The notes under the pieces were generated by a model. It searched no databases. It saw only the letters and a list, made by a program, of their open reading frames with translations, and was not told the origin of the DNA. The position numbers were made by a program, and so were the translations under genes. Below, piece by piece: positions 25,499 through 32,000 of a stretch of 32,000 bases of DNA. Position 1 is the stretch's first letter; every line of letters begins with the position of its first letter. Source of the stretch: an uncultured Clostridia bacterium (lineage in GTDB: Bacteria > Bacillota > Clostridia > Christensenellales > Aristaeellaceae); NCBI GenBank assembly GCA_934647235.1, contig CAKUFG010000023.1:12672-44671 (forward strand), given 5' to 3'.

Positions 25499-25519
25499 GG
25501 TGTTTCCTCCGTTCTGACT

Positions 25520-25837
25520 TCACCGCAAGGTGATGTGAATATACTTTGGATAGGACGAGGCAACGTCGCGTATGCCCTGTTCAAAGGTGCGCAGGATAAT
25601 CTGCGCGTCGTGCGTCATCTGATCCTCCGGAACCACGGCCTTCATCAGCCCGTCCCGTACAATCAATTGCGGTTTGACCCCCGCCACGCTTTCCAGCGCG
25701 TTTACACAGGTGGTAGACAGCACAGACACGGCGGCGCATACGATATCGCTGCCTGCCTGGGCGTATCCGGCATGGCCGCGGCACTCAAAGCCGCTGAGCC
25801 GCCCGTCCGCAGCACGATACAGGGTAACGCTGGTCAT
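25520..25837 (-). CDS. prp: Ribosomal-processing cysteine protease Prp
   Basis: 105 aa lying between rplU and rpmA. The sequence GHAGY...GSDIVCAAVS carries the His/Cys dyad. The start overlaps the rplU stop as TGATG. Confidence 0.9.
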   Translation of the reverse strand: MTSVTLYRAADGRLSGFECRGHAGYAQAGSDIVCAAVSVLSTTCVNALESVAGVKPQLIVRDGLMKAVVPEDQMTHDAQIILRTFEQGIRDVASSYPKYIHITLR

Positions 25838-26142
25838 CAGCCGTTGATCGCGGTGATCTCCACCTTGGTGAAGGGCTGGCGATGGCCGGCCTTGCGGCGA
25901 TAGTTCTTCTTGCTCTTATACTTGAGCACAACGATCTTCTGGCTCTTGCCCTGCTGCAGCACCTTACCGGTAACGGTGGCGCCGGCAACCACGGGATTGC
26001 CCACTTCAACGGTGTCCCCACCCAGCATCAGCACGGAGAAGGTGACTTCGTCGTTCACTTCGTTGTTCAGCTTTTCCACATAGATGACGTCTCCCTGAGA
26101 GACACGGTACTGTTTGCCGCCGGTAGCAATAATCGCATACAT
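25837..26142 (-). CDS. rplU: 50S ribosomal protein L21
   Basis: [25 protein letters not shown]... is canonical L21. Confidence 0.97.
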   Translation of the reverse strand: MYAIIATGGKQYRVSQGDVIYVEKLNNEVNDEVTFSVLMLGGDTVEVGNPVVAGATVTGKVLQQGKSQKIVVLKYKSKKNYRRKAGHRQPFTKVEITAING

Positions 26143-26245
26143 TCTGGCAGCACCTCCTCATACAGAACTCGCCGGGAACTCAGGCATATTGCAGCCACGA
26201 GGCAGCGCGGGCGCGCGTTTAGAAGCCTCTCCCGAGCGGCTTACC
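26143..26245 (-). promoter_or_regulatory. Structured roughly 100-nt 5' leader of rplU (possible L21-leader-type ribosomal autoregulatory element)
   Basis: This GC-rich leader between the predicted promoter and the rplU ATG contains several short stems (aagcc/ggctt, gcgcg/cgcgc). Its position matches the L21 leader known in Firmicutes. I could not verify the fold. Confidence 0.3.
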
Positions 26246-26250
26246 CGGAT

Positions 26251-26279
26251 AATATACCACACGCAGGCGGCAATGTCAA
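26251..26279 (-). promoter_or_regulatory. Sigma-A promoter for rplU-prp-rpmA
   Basis: On the minus strand: consensus TTGACA (26279-26274, overlapping the stop of the upstream gene), 17 nt spacer, TATATT (26256-26251). Confidence 0.55.
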
Positions 26280-26788
26280 TAGAAATTCGCCTGATTCAAG
26301 GCGTTTTTCAGCGCTTCGCGCCATATTCCGGTCAGTTTTTCCATTGTCCAGGCCGCGTTGGCCGGGCTGGTGGAGGGCAGAATCCGGTGCGGAAGCTGCG
26401 GCAGATCGACATATTTTTCATACAATCTGCCTGCTGCCTGGCCGTTGAGCAGGATGCGGCGAATCTGCCCCTGTGCAGCAAGGGCGGCAATATCGTTTGG
26501 CTGCGCGTTTCTGATGCTTGCATCCTGCGAGCCGCGGATATCGCAGCGGGCGATTACATCCCACAGCGCGATATGATGGGCCAGAAGTATTTTCTTTTTT
26601 TCGGCAATCGTACCTGGAGCAGGCTCCTCCAGCACGGCGGCAAGCACGCGCCAGAAGCGATTCTGCGGATGCCCGTAATAAAAATCATTTTCCCGCGATT
26701 TGACCGAGGGCAGCGAGCCCAGGATCAGCACCCGGCAGTCCGCATCGAACACCGGCTCAAAGGGATGGATAATCGTCTGGTATTCCAT
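26276..26788 (-). CDS. UDG-superfamily protein, DNA-deoxyinosine (hypoxanthine) glycosylase-like
   Basis: I place the start at ATG 26788 (MEYQTIIHPFEP...), not at the track start 26845, which would overlap the response-regulator gene. The sequence HPFEPVF..RVLILGSLPSVKS...YYGHPQNRFW matches my recollection of the family-6/TIGR04274-type layout. Confidence 0.55.
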   Translation of the reverse strand: MEYQTIIHPFEPVFDADCRVLILGSLPSVKSRENDFYYGHPQNRFWRVLAAVLEEPAPGTIAEKKKILLAHHIALWDVIARCDIRGSQDASIRNAQPNDIAALAAQGQIRRILLNGQAAGRLYEKYVDLPQLPHRILPSTSPANAAWTMEKLTGIWREALKNALNQANFY

Positions 26789-26841
26789 AGGCTCTTTCCA
26801 AAAACAGCGCCGGGGCGGAGTCTCCCCCGCCCGGCCTGTAT

Positions 26842-27606
26842 TCACTGGAACATGCGCTCCAGCTCTTCATATTTTTCCTGGGTAATCAGCGCGTCATGAT
26901 CCGTGCCCGTCAGACGGACAATATACGTCCAGCGGCCATAGGGCGTGATATCATGAATGCGGTTCAGATTGATGATATAGCTGCGATGGCAGCGGAAGAA
27001 CACCGCCGGATCCAGCCGCGCCTCGGTTTCGGACAGCGTATCGGAGGTATAGTAGCTGCCGCCGTCCGCCGTATAGATCACGGTGCTGCGGTCCTCGCGC
27101 TGGATCAGCAGGATATCCTCCATGCTGACAAAGGTTACGCCGTCGCGGTGCTTAAGCATCATGCGCCCGGCGGGCTTTATTCGCTGCACAGGCGCGGGCA
27201 CAGGATTCTGCGGGCGCTGCTGCACGGCAAGCAGGCGCTCGCGCACGCGGGTCAGCGTTTCAATCACGCGCTCCATGCGGAAGGGCTTCAGCAGATAATC
27301 AAACGCATAAACCGCAAACGCATCGCTGCGGTATTCCTCATGCGCGGTGGCGAAGATCAGCACGCAGGCAGGGTCCTCATCCTGGATGCGGTTGGCGCAG
27401 GCCACGCCGTTCATCACCGGCATATCCACATCCAGAAATACCACCTGCGGGCGGTGCTGCTCAAACAGCGCAATCAGCTGCTCGCCGTCCTGCGCCTCGC
27501 CCACCAGCTCATAGCCCTCCACGCGCGCGATCATCTTGCGCAGGATCAGCCGCATGCCCGGCTCGTCGTCGGCAATCAATACCTTTATCGCTTGCGTATC
27601 GCTCAT
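26842..27606 (-). CDS. LytR/AlgR (LytTR DNA-binding domain) family response regulator
   Basis: 254 aa. The receiver has ADDE, the FLDVDMP phospho-acceptor Asp and LLKP. The C-terminal LytTR domain is FFRCHRSYIINLNRI. No histidine kinase gene is in the window. Confidence 0.9.
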   Translation of the reverse strand: MSDTQAIKVLIADDEPGMRLILRKMIARVEGYELVGEAQDGEQLIALFEQHRPQVVFLDVDMPVMNGVACANRIQDEDPACVLIFATAHEEYRSDAFAVYAFDYLLKPFRMERVIETLTRVRERLLAVQQRPQNPVPAPVQRIKPAGRMMLKHRDGVTFVSMEDILLIQREDRSTVIYTADGGSYYTSDTLSETEARLDPAVFFRCHRSYIINLNRIHDITPYGRWTYIVRLTGTDHDALITQEKYEELERMFQ

Positions 27607-27623
27607 AACATCCTCAATCTGTT

Positions 27624-28100
27624 TCAGTGAATCACGCGGCGGCCATTCTTGAACTCCGGCCTGCGCAGCACCTCGCCCATGATCACACCCTGCACCAGGC
27701 TTTGGCTATCGGAGAAATTCAGCGTCAGCCCCGGCACGGTATCGCAGGCCAGATCGGGCGTCTCCTGATGCTGCGTCGCGGGATGCGGGCGCGGCTTCGC
27801 GCGCTCCTCCGCCGGACATAGAGCCTCCTTGCCCTCGTGCGTATGCGGGGTTTCTGGAGCCATCTCAATGGAGCCGTCCCATTCGTCCGCCTCGTCGGAG
27901 TCAAAGTCCTCCAGCTTCAGCTGCTCCACCTTTGGCTGCGCCTGTCTGGGGGATGAAGCGGCCGCAGGCTGGGGCCTGGAGGCGGGCTCGGGCCGGGCGG
28001 CTGCGGTGCGCTGGTGCGCCCGTACAGCCGCCTGGCTGTTTTTTCTGCTTTTTGAAGCCACGCTGATCACGATCAACAGGACAACCAGCAGTATTTCCAC
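27624..28100 (-). CDS. Hypothetical membrane-anchored protein with Pro/Ala/Gln-rich disordered region
   Basis: 158 aa. The GTG start has an AAGGAAAG RBS. It has a single N-terminal TM helix (EILLVVLLIVISVA), then a low-complexity segment and a short conserved-looking tail (LVQGVIMGEVLRRPEF). It occupies the position that yqfB holds after floA in B. subtilis. Confidence 0.55.
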   Translation of the reverse strand: MEILLVVLLIVISVASKSRKNSQAAVRAHQRTAAARPEPASRPQPAAASSPRQAQPKVEQLKLEDFDSDEADEWDGSIEMAPETPHTHEGKEALCPAEERAKPRPHPATQHQETPDLACDTVPGLTLNFSDSQSLVQGVIMGEVLRRPEFKNGRRVIH

Positions 28101-28127
28101 GGTTTACTTTCCTTTCCAAATGGGCGC

Positions 28128-29138
28128 TCAGGCCTTATCCGCGCCGGTGCCGGCCGCAGGCTGCGGCTTGGCGGCATTGGCAATGCCATCGCGCATGTTG
28201 GTGTCGGCAATCACATTTTTCATCTGGTAATAGTCCATCACGCCCAGCTTGCCCTCACGCAGCGCTTCAGCCATGGCCAGGGGCACCTGCGCCTCGGCTT
28301 CGACCACGCGGGCGCGCATCTCCTGCACGGCGGCCAGCATTTCCTGCTCGCGCGCCACGGCGATGGCGCGGCGTTCCTCGGCCTTGGCCTGGGCGATGCG
28401 GCGGTCCGCCTCAGCCTGATCCATCTGCAGCTGCGCGCCGACGTTGCGGCCCACGTCCACATCCGCGATATCGATGGACAGGATGCGGTACGCCGTGCCG
28501 TTATCCAGGCCCTTGCTCAGCACGGTCTGGCTGATCAGATCAGGGTTCTCCAGCACGGCCTTGTGCGTTTCGGAGGAGCCGATGGTGGTTACGATGCCCT
28601 CGCCTACGCGGGCGATAATGGTCTCCTCGCCAGCGCCGCCTACCAGACGGTTCACGTCCGTGCGCACGGTCACGCGGGCCTTGGCGCGCAGCTCGATGCC
28701 GTCCTTGGCCACGGCGGAGATGGGCGGGGTTTCAATGACCTTGGGGATAACGCTCATCTGCACGGCCTGCAGCACGTCGCGGCCGGCCAGGTCGATGGCG
28801 CACGCTTCGGCAAAGGTCATGGGGATGCTGGCCTGCTGGGCGGAAATCATGGCCTTGGCCACGCGCTCGATGTTGCCGCCCGCCAGCAGGTGCTTTTCAA
28901 GCTGGTCCAGGGTGATATCCAGGCCGGCCTTGCGCACCATGATCAGCGTATCCACCAGACGATGGGGCGAAATGCGGCGCAGACGCATACCGATCAGCGC
29001 GGACACCTTGACCTTTACGCCCGAGGACATCGCCCGCACCCACAGCCCCAGCGGAACATAGCGCAGGAACACCAGCACCAGCACGATCGCCAGCAGCAGC
29101 AATACGAGAATCGTTACGGTTGCTCCATCAAAGCCCAT
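28128..29138 (-). CDS. floA: Flotillin-like protein FloA (UPF0365/YqfA family)
   Basis: 336 aa. The sequence [27 protein letters not shown]...[18 protein letters not shown]...[11 protein letters not shown] is characteristic of FloA. RBS AAGGAGAGG is upstream. Confidence 0.92.
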   Translation of the reverse strand: MGFDGATVTILVLLLLAIVLVLVFLRYVPLGLWVRAMSSGVKVKVSALIGMRLRRISPHRLVDTLIMVRKAGLDITLDQLEKHLLAGGNIERVAKAMISAQQASIPMTFAEACAIDLAGRDVLQAVQMSVIPKVIETPPISAVAKDGIELRAKARVTVRTDVNRLVGGAGEETIIARVGEGIVTTIGSSETHKAVLENPDLISQTVLSKGLDNGTAYRILSIDIADVDVGRNVGAQLQMDQAEADRRIAQAKAEERRAIAVAREQEMLAAVQEMRARVVEAEAQVPLAMAEALREGKLGVMDYYQMKNVIADTNMRDGIANAAKPQPAAGTGADKA

Positions 29139-29163
29139 TGTTTTCCTCTCCTTTTGTCTACCT

Positions 29164-29640
29164 TCAGATTTTGTTTACAAAGATCTGCGTGCCCTCCACG
29201 CGGACGATGCGAACCCTCTGTCCCTCGGACACATATTCGCCGTCGCTGGTCACATGCAGCTTTCCGCAGTCAAACTCGGCGGTGCCCACGGGGCGCAGGG
29301 TGTTTTTCACCACGCCCTCCTTGCCCACCAGCAGCTGCATATCCGCGTTTTCGGACGGCGGGGTCTCGGTATCGTTGAGAATCAGATCGGATTTTGACAG
29401 TCTGCCGCTGGACGCAGATTTGAGCGATACGGATATCGCCACGCCCACCAGCGCCAGCACGGCCACCGTAGTGCCCAGTCCGACCATGGCCCCGTATTCA
29501 TACCAGGTCATGGCCACGCCCGCCAGCAGCAGGATGATGCCCGATATGCCGGGCACGCCGAACCCTGGCATAAACGCTTCCACAATCAGCAGGACCACGC
29601 CCGCCAGCACGCAGATGATAATTGGTATCAGCCATTCCAT
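29164..29640 (-). CDS. NfeD family membrane protein
   Basis: 158 aa. The N-terminal TM helices are followed by a C-terminal OB-fold segment ([45 protein letters not shown]). It lies upstream of floA, as in the Bacillus yqeZ-yqfA arrangement. Confidence 0.85.
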   Translation of the reverse strand: MEWLIPIIICVLAGVVLLIVEAFMPGFGVPGISGIILLLAGVAMTWYEYGAMVGLGTTVAVLALVGVAISVSLKSASSGRLSKSDLILNDTETPPSENADMQLLVGKEGVVKNTLRPVGTAEFDCGKLHVTSDGEYVSEGQRVRIVRVEGTQIFVNKI

Positions 29641-29721
29641 CGCAGCGCGCCTCCCTTCATGGTTTGTGAGGTCAGCATAGCATATTTCACGCGCGATGAA
29701 AACAGCTTATGCCTGAAAGCA

Positions 29722-30312
29722 TCACTTTTGCGTCTGAATTGTCAGGGACTCCCGCAGGCAGCGCACATCCTGCTCGTACACGCTGAGCAGCTCGCGCCGG
29801 TAGATAATGGCTGCGGGATGATACAGCGCAAACAACGGCAGGCCATTGACCGCCGTGTGCCACGCGCCGTGCATATCGCCGATGGTGGATTTATCCCCTG
29901 TCAGCGCGCGCAGGGGCACGTTGCCCAGCGTCACCAGGGCACGGGGAGCGACCAGATCGATTTCCTTCATCAGAAAAGGCAGGAAAAGGGCGATTTCCTC
30001 TTTGGAGGGCGCGCGGTTGCGCACGCGCCCGGACGCGCCCCGCGCCGTGGGGCGGATCTTGACCACGTTGCTGACGTAGATCTCCTGCCGCTCCATGCCC
30101 ATCAGCTCCAGAAAGCCGTCCAGGTTTTTGCCCGCCTTGCCCACGAAGGGCCGGCGCTTGAGGGTTTCCTGCTCGCCCGGCGCCTCGCCAATCAGCATCA
30201 GCGGGGGATGATCGGTGTTGCCGTCGCCAAAGACAAGTATTTTATCCTCGCCCGGCCAAAGGGGGCGAAAAAACTGCGTGCATTCCTGCTCAAACGCTTG
30301 CATATCCGCCAT
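29722..30312 (-). CDS. Family-4-like uracil-DNA glycosylase paralogue lacking Fe-S cysteines
   Basis: 196 aa. It has motif A LIGEAPGEQE, then FVGKAGK, and motif B HPAAI. The cysteines of its neighbour are replaced (VKIRP, ALFLP, no CxxC). The ATG lies 1 nt after the upstream TGA. Confidence 0.75.
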   Translation of the reverse strand: MADMQAFEQECTQFFRPLWPGEDKILVFGDGNTDHPPLMLIGEAPGEQETLKRRPFVGKAGKNLDGFLELMGMERQEIYVSNVVKIRPTARGASGRVRNRAPSKEEIALFLPFLMKEIDLVAPRALVTLGNVPLRALTGDKSTIGDMHGAWHTAVNGLPLFALYHPAAIIYRRELLSVYEQDVRCLRESLTIQTQK

Positions 30313-30313
30313 A

Positions 30314-30877
30314 TCACTGCGCCTCCAGATCCTTTAGTTTTGCCATCACCAGCTGCAAATCATGCCAGGCGTCGCGTTTTTTGCTTTCATCGCGCAAAAG
30401 CGCGGCGGGGTGGTAGGTAGGCAGGAACCACACGCCCTTGCGTTCCTCCCACTGTCCATGCTCGCGCGTGATGCGGAAATCCGGCCGCAGCAGCGTTCTG
30501 GCGGCCGTCGCGCCCAGCAGCACAATCACCTGCGGGCGCACCAGCGCCACCTGCTCGCGCAGATAGGGCAGGCAGGCCGCAGCCTCCTCGGGAAAGGGCG
30601 TGCGGTTCTGCGGCGGACGGCACTTGACAATATTGCAGATGTAAACCTCCTCGCGCGTCAGGCCCATGGCGGCGATCATTTTGGTCAGCAGCTGCCCGGC
30701 CGCGCCCACAAAGGCCAGGCCCTGCATATCCTCGTCCGCGCCGGGGCCCTCGCCGATAAACATCAGCCGGGCATGAATATCCCCCTGTCCGGGCACCTTG
30801 TTGTGGATGCGGCGGCACAGCTCGCACTTTTCGCAGGCGAAAATCTCATCATACAGCGATTGCCAGGAGGTTTTCAT
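30314..30877 (-). CDS. Family 4 uracil-DNA glycosylase (Fe-S cluster type)
   Basis: I place the start at ATG 30877 (RBS AGGGGAG). The sequence CEKCELC...FIGEGPGADED...FVGAAGQLL...NIVKCRPPQNRTP...AACLPYL...YHPAALL contains all four cluster cysteines and both catalytic motifs. Confidence 0.88.
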   Translation of the reverse strand: MKTSWQSLYDEIFACEKCELCRRIHNKVPGQGDIHARLMFIGEGPGADEDMQGLAFVGAAGQLLTKMIAAMGLTREEVYICNIVKCRPPQNRTPFPEEAAACLPYLREQVALVRPQVIVLLGATAARTLLRPDFRITREHGQWEERKGVWFLPTYHPAALLRDESKKRDAWHDLQLVMAKLKDLEAQ

Positions 30878-30902
30878 AGGCGTAGTCTCCCCTTTTGTGC
30901 GG

Positions 30903-31127
30903 TTACTTAAACAGCGCCAGAATGACGTCGAAGGTAGCGGACGCATCCTGCCGCAGCCAGGACAGCAGGCTTACGATCAGCAGCACCAGCACCAGCGTGA
31001 CCGCCACGCCCGCCACCACGGCCAGGAATTCCATCAGGCCCATGGTCAGCCGCCAGCGATCCCGCCGCGCCTCTTTTTCTTCCTCTTTGCGTTCAAAATA
31101 CGCATCGCGGTTATCCTGCTGATACAT
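30903..31127 (-). CDS. Small hypothetical membrane protein (74 aa)
   Basis: It has a charged N-terminus (YFERKEEEKEARRDRWR) followed by one TM helix (MEFLAVVAGVAVTLVLVLLIVSLL). RBS AAAGGAAAG lies 7 nt upstream. It fits exactly between trmL and the UDG gene. Confidence 0.45.
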   Translation of the reverse strand: MYQQDNRDAYFERKEEEKEARRDRWRLTMGLMEFLAVVAGVAVTLVLVLLIVSLLSWLRQDASATFDVILALFK

Positions 31128-31147
31128 TTTGTTTCTTTCCTTTCGCG

Positions 31148-31663
31148 TTACACATAGTCCATCCAGGGCTGCGCGTCATCCTGCCGGCCGGTCAGCGCGC
31201 CATGATCGCACAGGCCGGGGAAGCCCTGCTGGCGCAGCGCCTCGTATAGCACGATGGCCACAGAGTTGCTCAGGTTCAGCGACCGTGCCTCGCTGCGCAT
31301 GGGAATGCGGATGCAGCGATCGTACACCCGGCTGAGCAGCGACTCGGGCAGGCCCTTTGTTTCGCAGCCGAACACCAGAAAATCCTCCGGCCCGTAGCTG
31401 GCCTCATGATAGCCGCGCGGGGCCTTGGTGGTGGCAAAATGATAAACGGCATGCGGATATTCCGCCATCATTGTATCAAAATCCGGATGGACATGCAACT
31501 CCATCAGATGCCAGTAATCCAGCCCGGCGCGCTTGAGATACTTATCGCTCAGCTCAAAGCCCAGCGGCTCAATCAGGTGCAGCACGCTCCCCGTCGCCGC
31601 GCAGGTGCGGGCGATATTGCCGGTGTTCTGCGGAATCTCCGGCGCGTATAATACGATATGCAT
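31148..31663 (-). CDS. trmL: tRNA (cytidine/uridine-34 2'-O)-methyltransferase TrmL (SpoU/TrmH family)
   Basis: I place the start at ATG 31663 (RBS GGGAGGA 8 nt upstream). The sequence MHIVLYAPEIPQNTGNIARTCAATG...LVFGCETKGLP...RIPM...RSLNLSNSVAIVLYEA is canonical TrmL. Confidence 0.9.
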   Translation of the reverse strand: MHIVLYAPEIPQNTGNIARTCAATGSVLHLIEPLGFELSDKYLKRAGLDYWHLMELHVHPDFDTMMAEYPHAVYHFATTKAPRGYHEASYGPEDFLVFGCETKGLPESLLSRVYDRCIRIPMRSEARSLNLSNSVAIVLYEALRQQGFPGLCDHGALTGRQDDAQPWMDYV

Positions 31664-31691
31664 GCGGCGTTTCCTCCCGTTCATAAACAAA

Positions 31692-31720
31692 TTTGCAAAT
31701 TCTGCCGTTTGTGGTATAAT
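31692..31720 (+). promoter_or_regulatory. Candidate sigma-A promoter for the nucleotidyltransferase gene
   Basis: TTTGCA (31692-31697), 17 nt spacer, TATAAT (31715-31720), with a TGG extended -10. Confidence 0.45.
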
Positions 31721-31752
31721 GATAAAAAACGGACAAGGAGCGTATTGATTCC

Positions 31753-32000
31753 ATGCGCAGCGAACCCATTCTGGTCGTCATGGCGGCGGGCATCGGCAGC
31801 CGTTTCGGCGGCATCAAGCAGCTGGCTTCCTTCGGCGCTCATGGCGAGTGCATTATTGATTATTCCCTTTTCGACGCCTACCGTGCGGGCTTCCGCCGGG
31901 TGATTTTCATCGTCCGGGACGATATTCTGGAGGATTTTCGCCAGAAGATCGGCTGCCACGTAGAGGGACTGATGGAAACGCACTACGTTCTTCAGCACCT
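31753..32000 (+). CDS. Sugar-phosphate nucleotidyltransferase-like protein, N-terminal fragment (runs off the window end)
   Basis: This ORF is not in the supplied track because it has no stop in the window. I read it as MRSEPILVVMAAGIGSRFGGIKQLASFGAHGECIIDYSLFDAYRAGFRRVIFIVRDDILEDFRQKIG... with no stop through nt 32000. The MAAGxGSRFG motif is the NTP_transferase glycine-rich loop. An AAGGAG lies 12 nt upstream. Confidence 0.6.
   Translation, partial: MRSEPILVVMAAGIGSRFGGIKQLASFGAHGECIIDYSLFDAYRAGFRRVIFIVRDDILEDFRQKIGCHVEGLMETHYVLQH

Noticed and set aside
31681-31998. A 105-aa minus-strand ORF at the window end.
   Set aside because: It has no motifs or RBS, and it lies antisense to a plus-strand frame with a clear nucleotidyltransferase signature and promoter.

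Overview
GC-rich, tightly packed chromosomal segment with short AT-rich intergenic regions. Gene content points to a spore-forming Firmicute (Clostridia-like): SpoIID/LytB, the L21-Prp-L27 cluster, NfeD-FloA and DegV. This taxonomic call is inference from gene content only. I support 36 protein-coding genes, two of them truncated by the window edges. Most lie on the minus strand, and several pairs are translationally coupled through ATGA, GTGA or TGATG overlaps. I found no rRNA, tRNA, CRISPR array, transposase, integrase, phage genes or recognisable defence or toxin-antitoxin module, so most of the window is housekeeping. Four loci stand out. (1) A LacI-linked operon at 6970-13132 joins an unclassified beta-propeller glycosidase-like protein and an HpcH-type pyruvate aldolase to an LplABC-type ABC importer; an FGGY kinase converges on it across an unusually hairpin-dense 0.4 kb spacer, and the promoter regions of both units carry an ATTTCA-N3-ATTTCA direct repeat. 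(2) Two family-4 uracil-DNA-glycosylase paralogues sit in tandem. The second has lost all four Fe-S cysteines and carries an Arg-rich loop insertion where UdgX has its covalent-capture loop; a third UDG-superfamily gene lies 3 kb away. (3) A CapA-COG0523-COG0523' operon, where one GTPase has a roughly 106-residue His/Asp/Cys-rich insert and the other lacks the CxCC metal site but has a Cys-rich C-terminal domain. (4) An nfeD-floA-small membrane protein operon extended by an orphan LytTR response regulator. None of these can be called a new system from sequence alone. All family assignments come from reading motifs by eye, not from database searches.
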